Shown piece by piece: positions 33,576 through 34,941 of a DNA stretch of 34,941 nucleotides; the stretch's first letter is position 1, and every line of letters begins with the position of its first letter. A program made the translations under genes and the position numbers. Below the pieces are notes generated by a model. It was not told where the DNA came from, did not search any database, and saw nothing but the letters and a program-made list of their open reading frames with translations. Origin of the DNA: Perkinsela sp. CCAP 1560/9 (Eukaryota; Protista; Euglenozoa: Kinetoplastea); NCBI GenBank assembly GCA_965644495.1, contig CBFFSA010000067.1, positions 1-34,941 of the forward strand. Reading direction: 5' to 3'.

Positions 33576-34941
33576 TCAATGAGTTGTTCCTGAATCATTG
33601 GTGATTTTTTTCAAGATCCCTTCCAATGGCCCAGATAAAAGAAGAGGGACATAAGACTCATTCAAAGCAGCCGTCGTCTTGCTCAAATTGACCAATTCAA
33701 AATTTAAAATCCCAACACTCCGGATGATTCGATAGGAAGCCACGCATCGATGGAAGTTGAGTCCTTGATCAATCATCGATTTTGTTGCTCTTTGAAACAT
33801 TGTCTTTTTTGGTTTCATGGTTGGTTTTGGGCCTATCGTTTGAGGGGACGGGTTTTGTTGTTTGACTGGGGCAAGGGTTTTTAAAATCGGTCCAATCATC
33901 ATTATGAATTCGTGCAAACGGCTGAGCGAAGGGATTTTCAATGCAGTTGCATTTTTGATTGCAAAACAATTCAGATAACGTTCGAGGTTTTTTTCTCCTG
34001 TTGCGTTGAAAGAAGGGACAAATGCGTAGTAGGATGGTGAGGTTTGAAATCGGACTCGAATTGGGAGGTGGTCAGGGTTTCGTACCCATTGTCGGTGCAA
34101 AGGAATCACCTAATTTAAATGTGAGTTTTCAACCAAAAAATGTTCTTTTTTTTTTTTTCTTTTTTGAAAAGAGGGTCAAGAAAAAAAAAAGAAGAAAAAC
34201 AAGAACCTTATCAGAAACAAGCGCGTCAATAATGGCCGAGCTTGTTCCAAAATCTCCAAGCTCAAATGACTCATTCGCCAATTGGACAAAGTGATCAAAA
34301 GACTTCAAAGAATATTCGAAAGAATCGTTGACGAGATATTCACTCACCCAGAGAAAGATGGATTCTTCATACTTCAAAGCACAATAAAACTCAGAGCTAA
34401 GAGAATCTTCAGTACAATTACTCGCAAAATGAAGAAAATGTCCAACGGTAATCCTTGATTGCATCGCCAATGAAATTAATGTCAAACTCTCTGCCATTTG
34501 TCGAATTTCAGACTTTGTTAAACTGTGAATTTCCAGTTGAGTCCGATGAAGTTTTTTCACTTCCTTCATAGATGAGAAAAGTTTTTCGAGCTCATCTTTT
34601 TCGGATCCCTGTTCTTCGAATGGGAGGATGCTTGGTTGACAAACATCATATGGGATATCAATAACAGGACCATCAATTGACCCAACAAAGAGCCCTACCG
34701 CCCCACCGTAATCAGCTGGTGAACTCTTCTCCATTCCAACCGTCATCAGTTTTGACGCAACTTTCGCGTCAAGCATATCCACAAGAAGAGTATCAGAGGC
34801 CCAGATTTTTACGAGCTTGAAGACGTTTGGATCTGTACCTTTTTCTCGAATCATTTGAATCAAATGAGACCCAGTCGCAAGTAATGAGTGTGCCCACAAG
34901 AGAGCCTCGACTCCAACCGTCGGGGTGCTTGGGTTGATAAT
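33576..34941 (-). CDS. RasGEF (CDC25-like) domain protein, 5' end outside the window; intron about 34110-34206
   Basis: QMAESLTLISLAMQSRITVGHFL and FDHFVQLANESFELGDFGTSSAIIDALVS resemble the CDC25 motifs AEQLTL and KFIxIAxxxxELNNFNSLxAIxxGL. The match is divergent. Confidence 0.65.

Overview
This window is eukaryotic, not prokaryotic: a gene-dense, AT-rich protist locus read in the standard genetic code. Dictyostelium-type Cys repeats, a YakA-like kinase and GTTTGT-like donors suggest an amoebozoan; that assignment is an inference. Manual splicing gives 14 protein-coding genes with about 61 short GT-AG introns. In order: spermidine synthase (+), Rab7 (+), long MRP/ABCC transporter (+), archaeal-like PAC2-family proteasome chaperone (-), triple-KH RNA-binding protein (+), RGS protein (-), secreted M11 (gametolysin-type) metalloprotease on a ~900-aa Pro-Asn-Ser stalk with a GPI signal (+), degenerate DHHC-like membrane protein (+), IBB-less importin-alpha-like ARM protein (-), PIP-box/PHD protein (-), C-CAP/SEC-C fusion (+), Yak1/YakA DYRK kinase (-), 16-exon SnoaL-cyclase/His-rich/EcKinase-like pseudokinase fusion (+), and the 3' part of a RasGEF (-). 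No tRNA, rRNA, CRISPR array or mobile element was recognised. The most notable signals are the unusual splice grammar (GTT/GTC donors, T-rich intron 5' ends, often A-rich 3' ends), the SnoaL-pseudokinase fusion, the archaeal-type PAC2, the stalked protease and the half-CRD DHHC protein. All gene models, family calls and counts were made by eye, without database searches.
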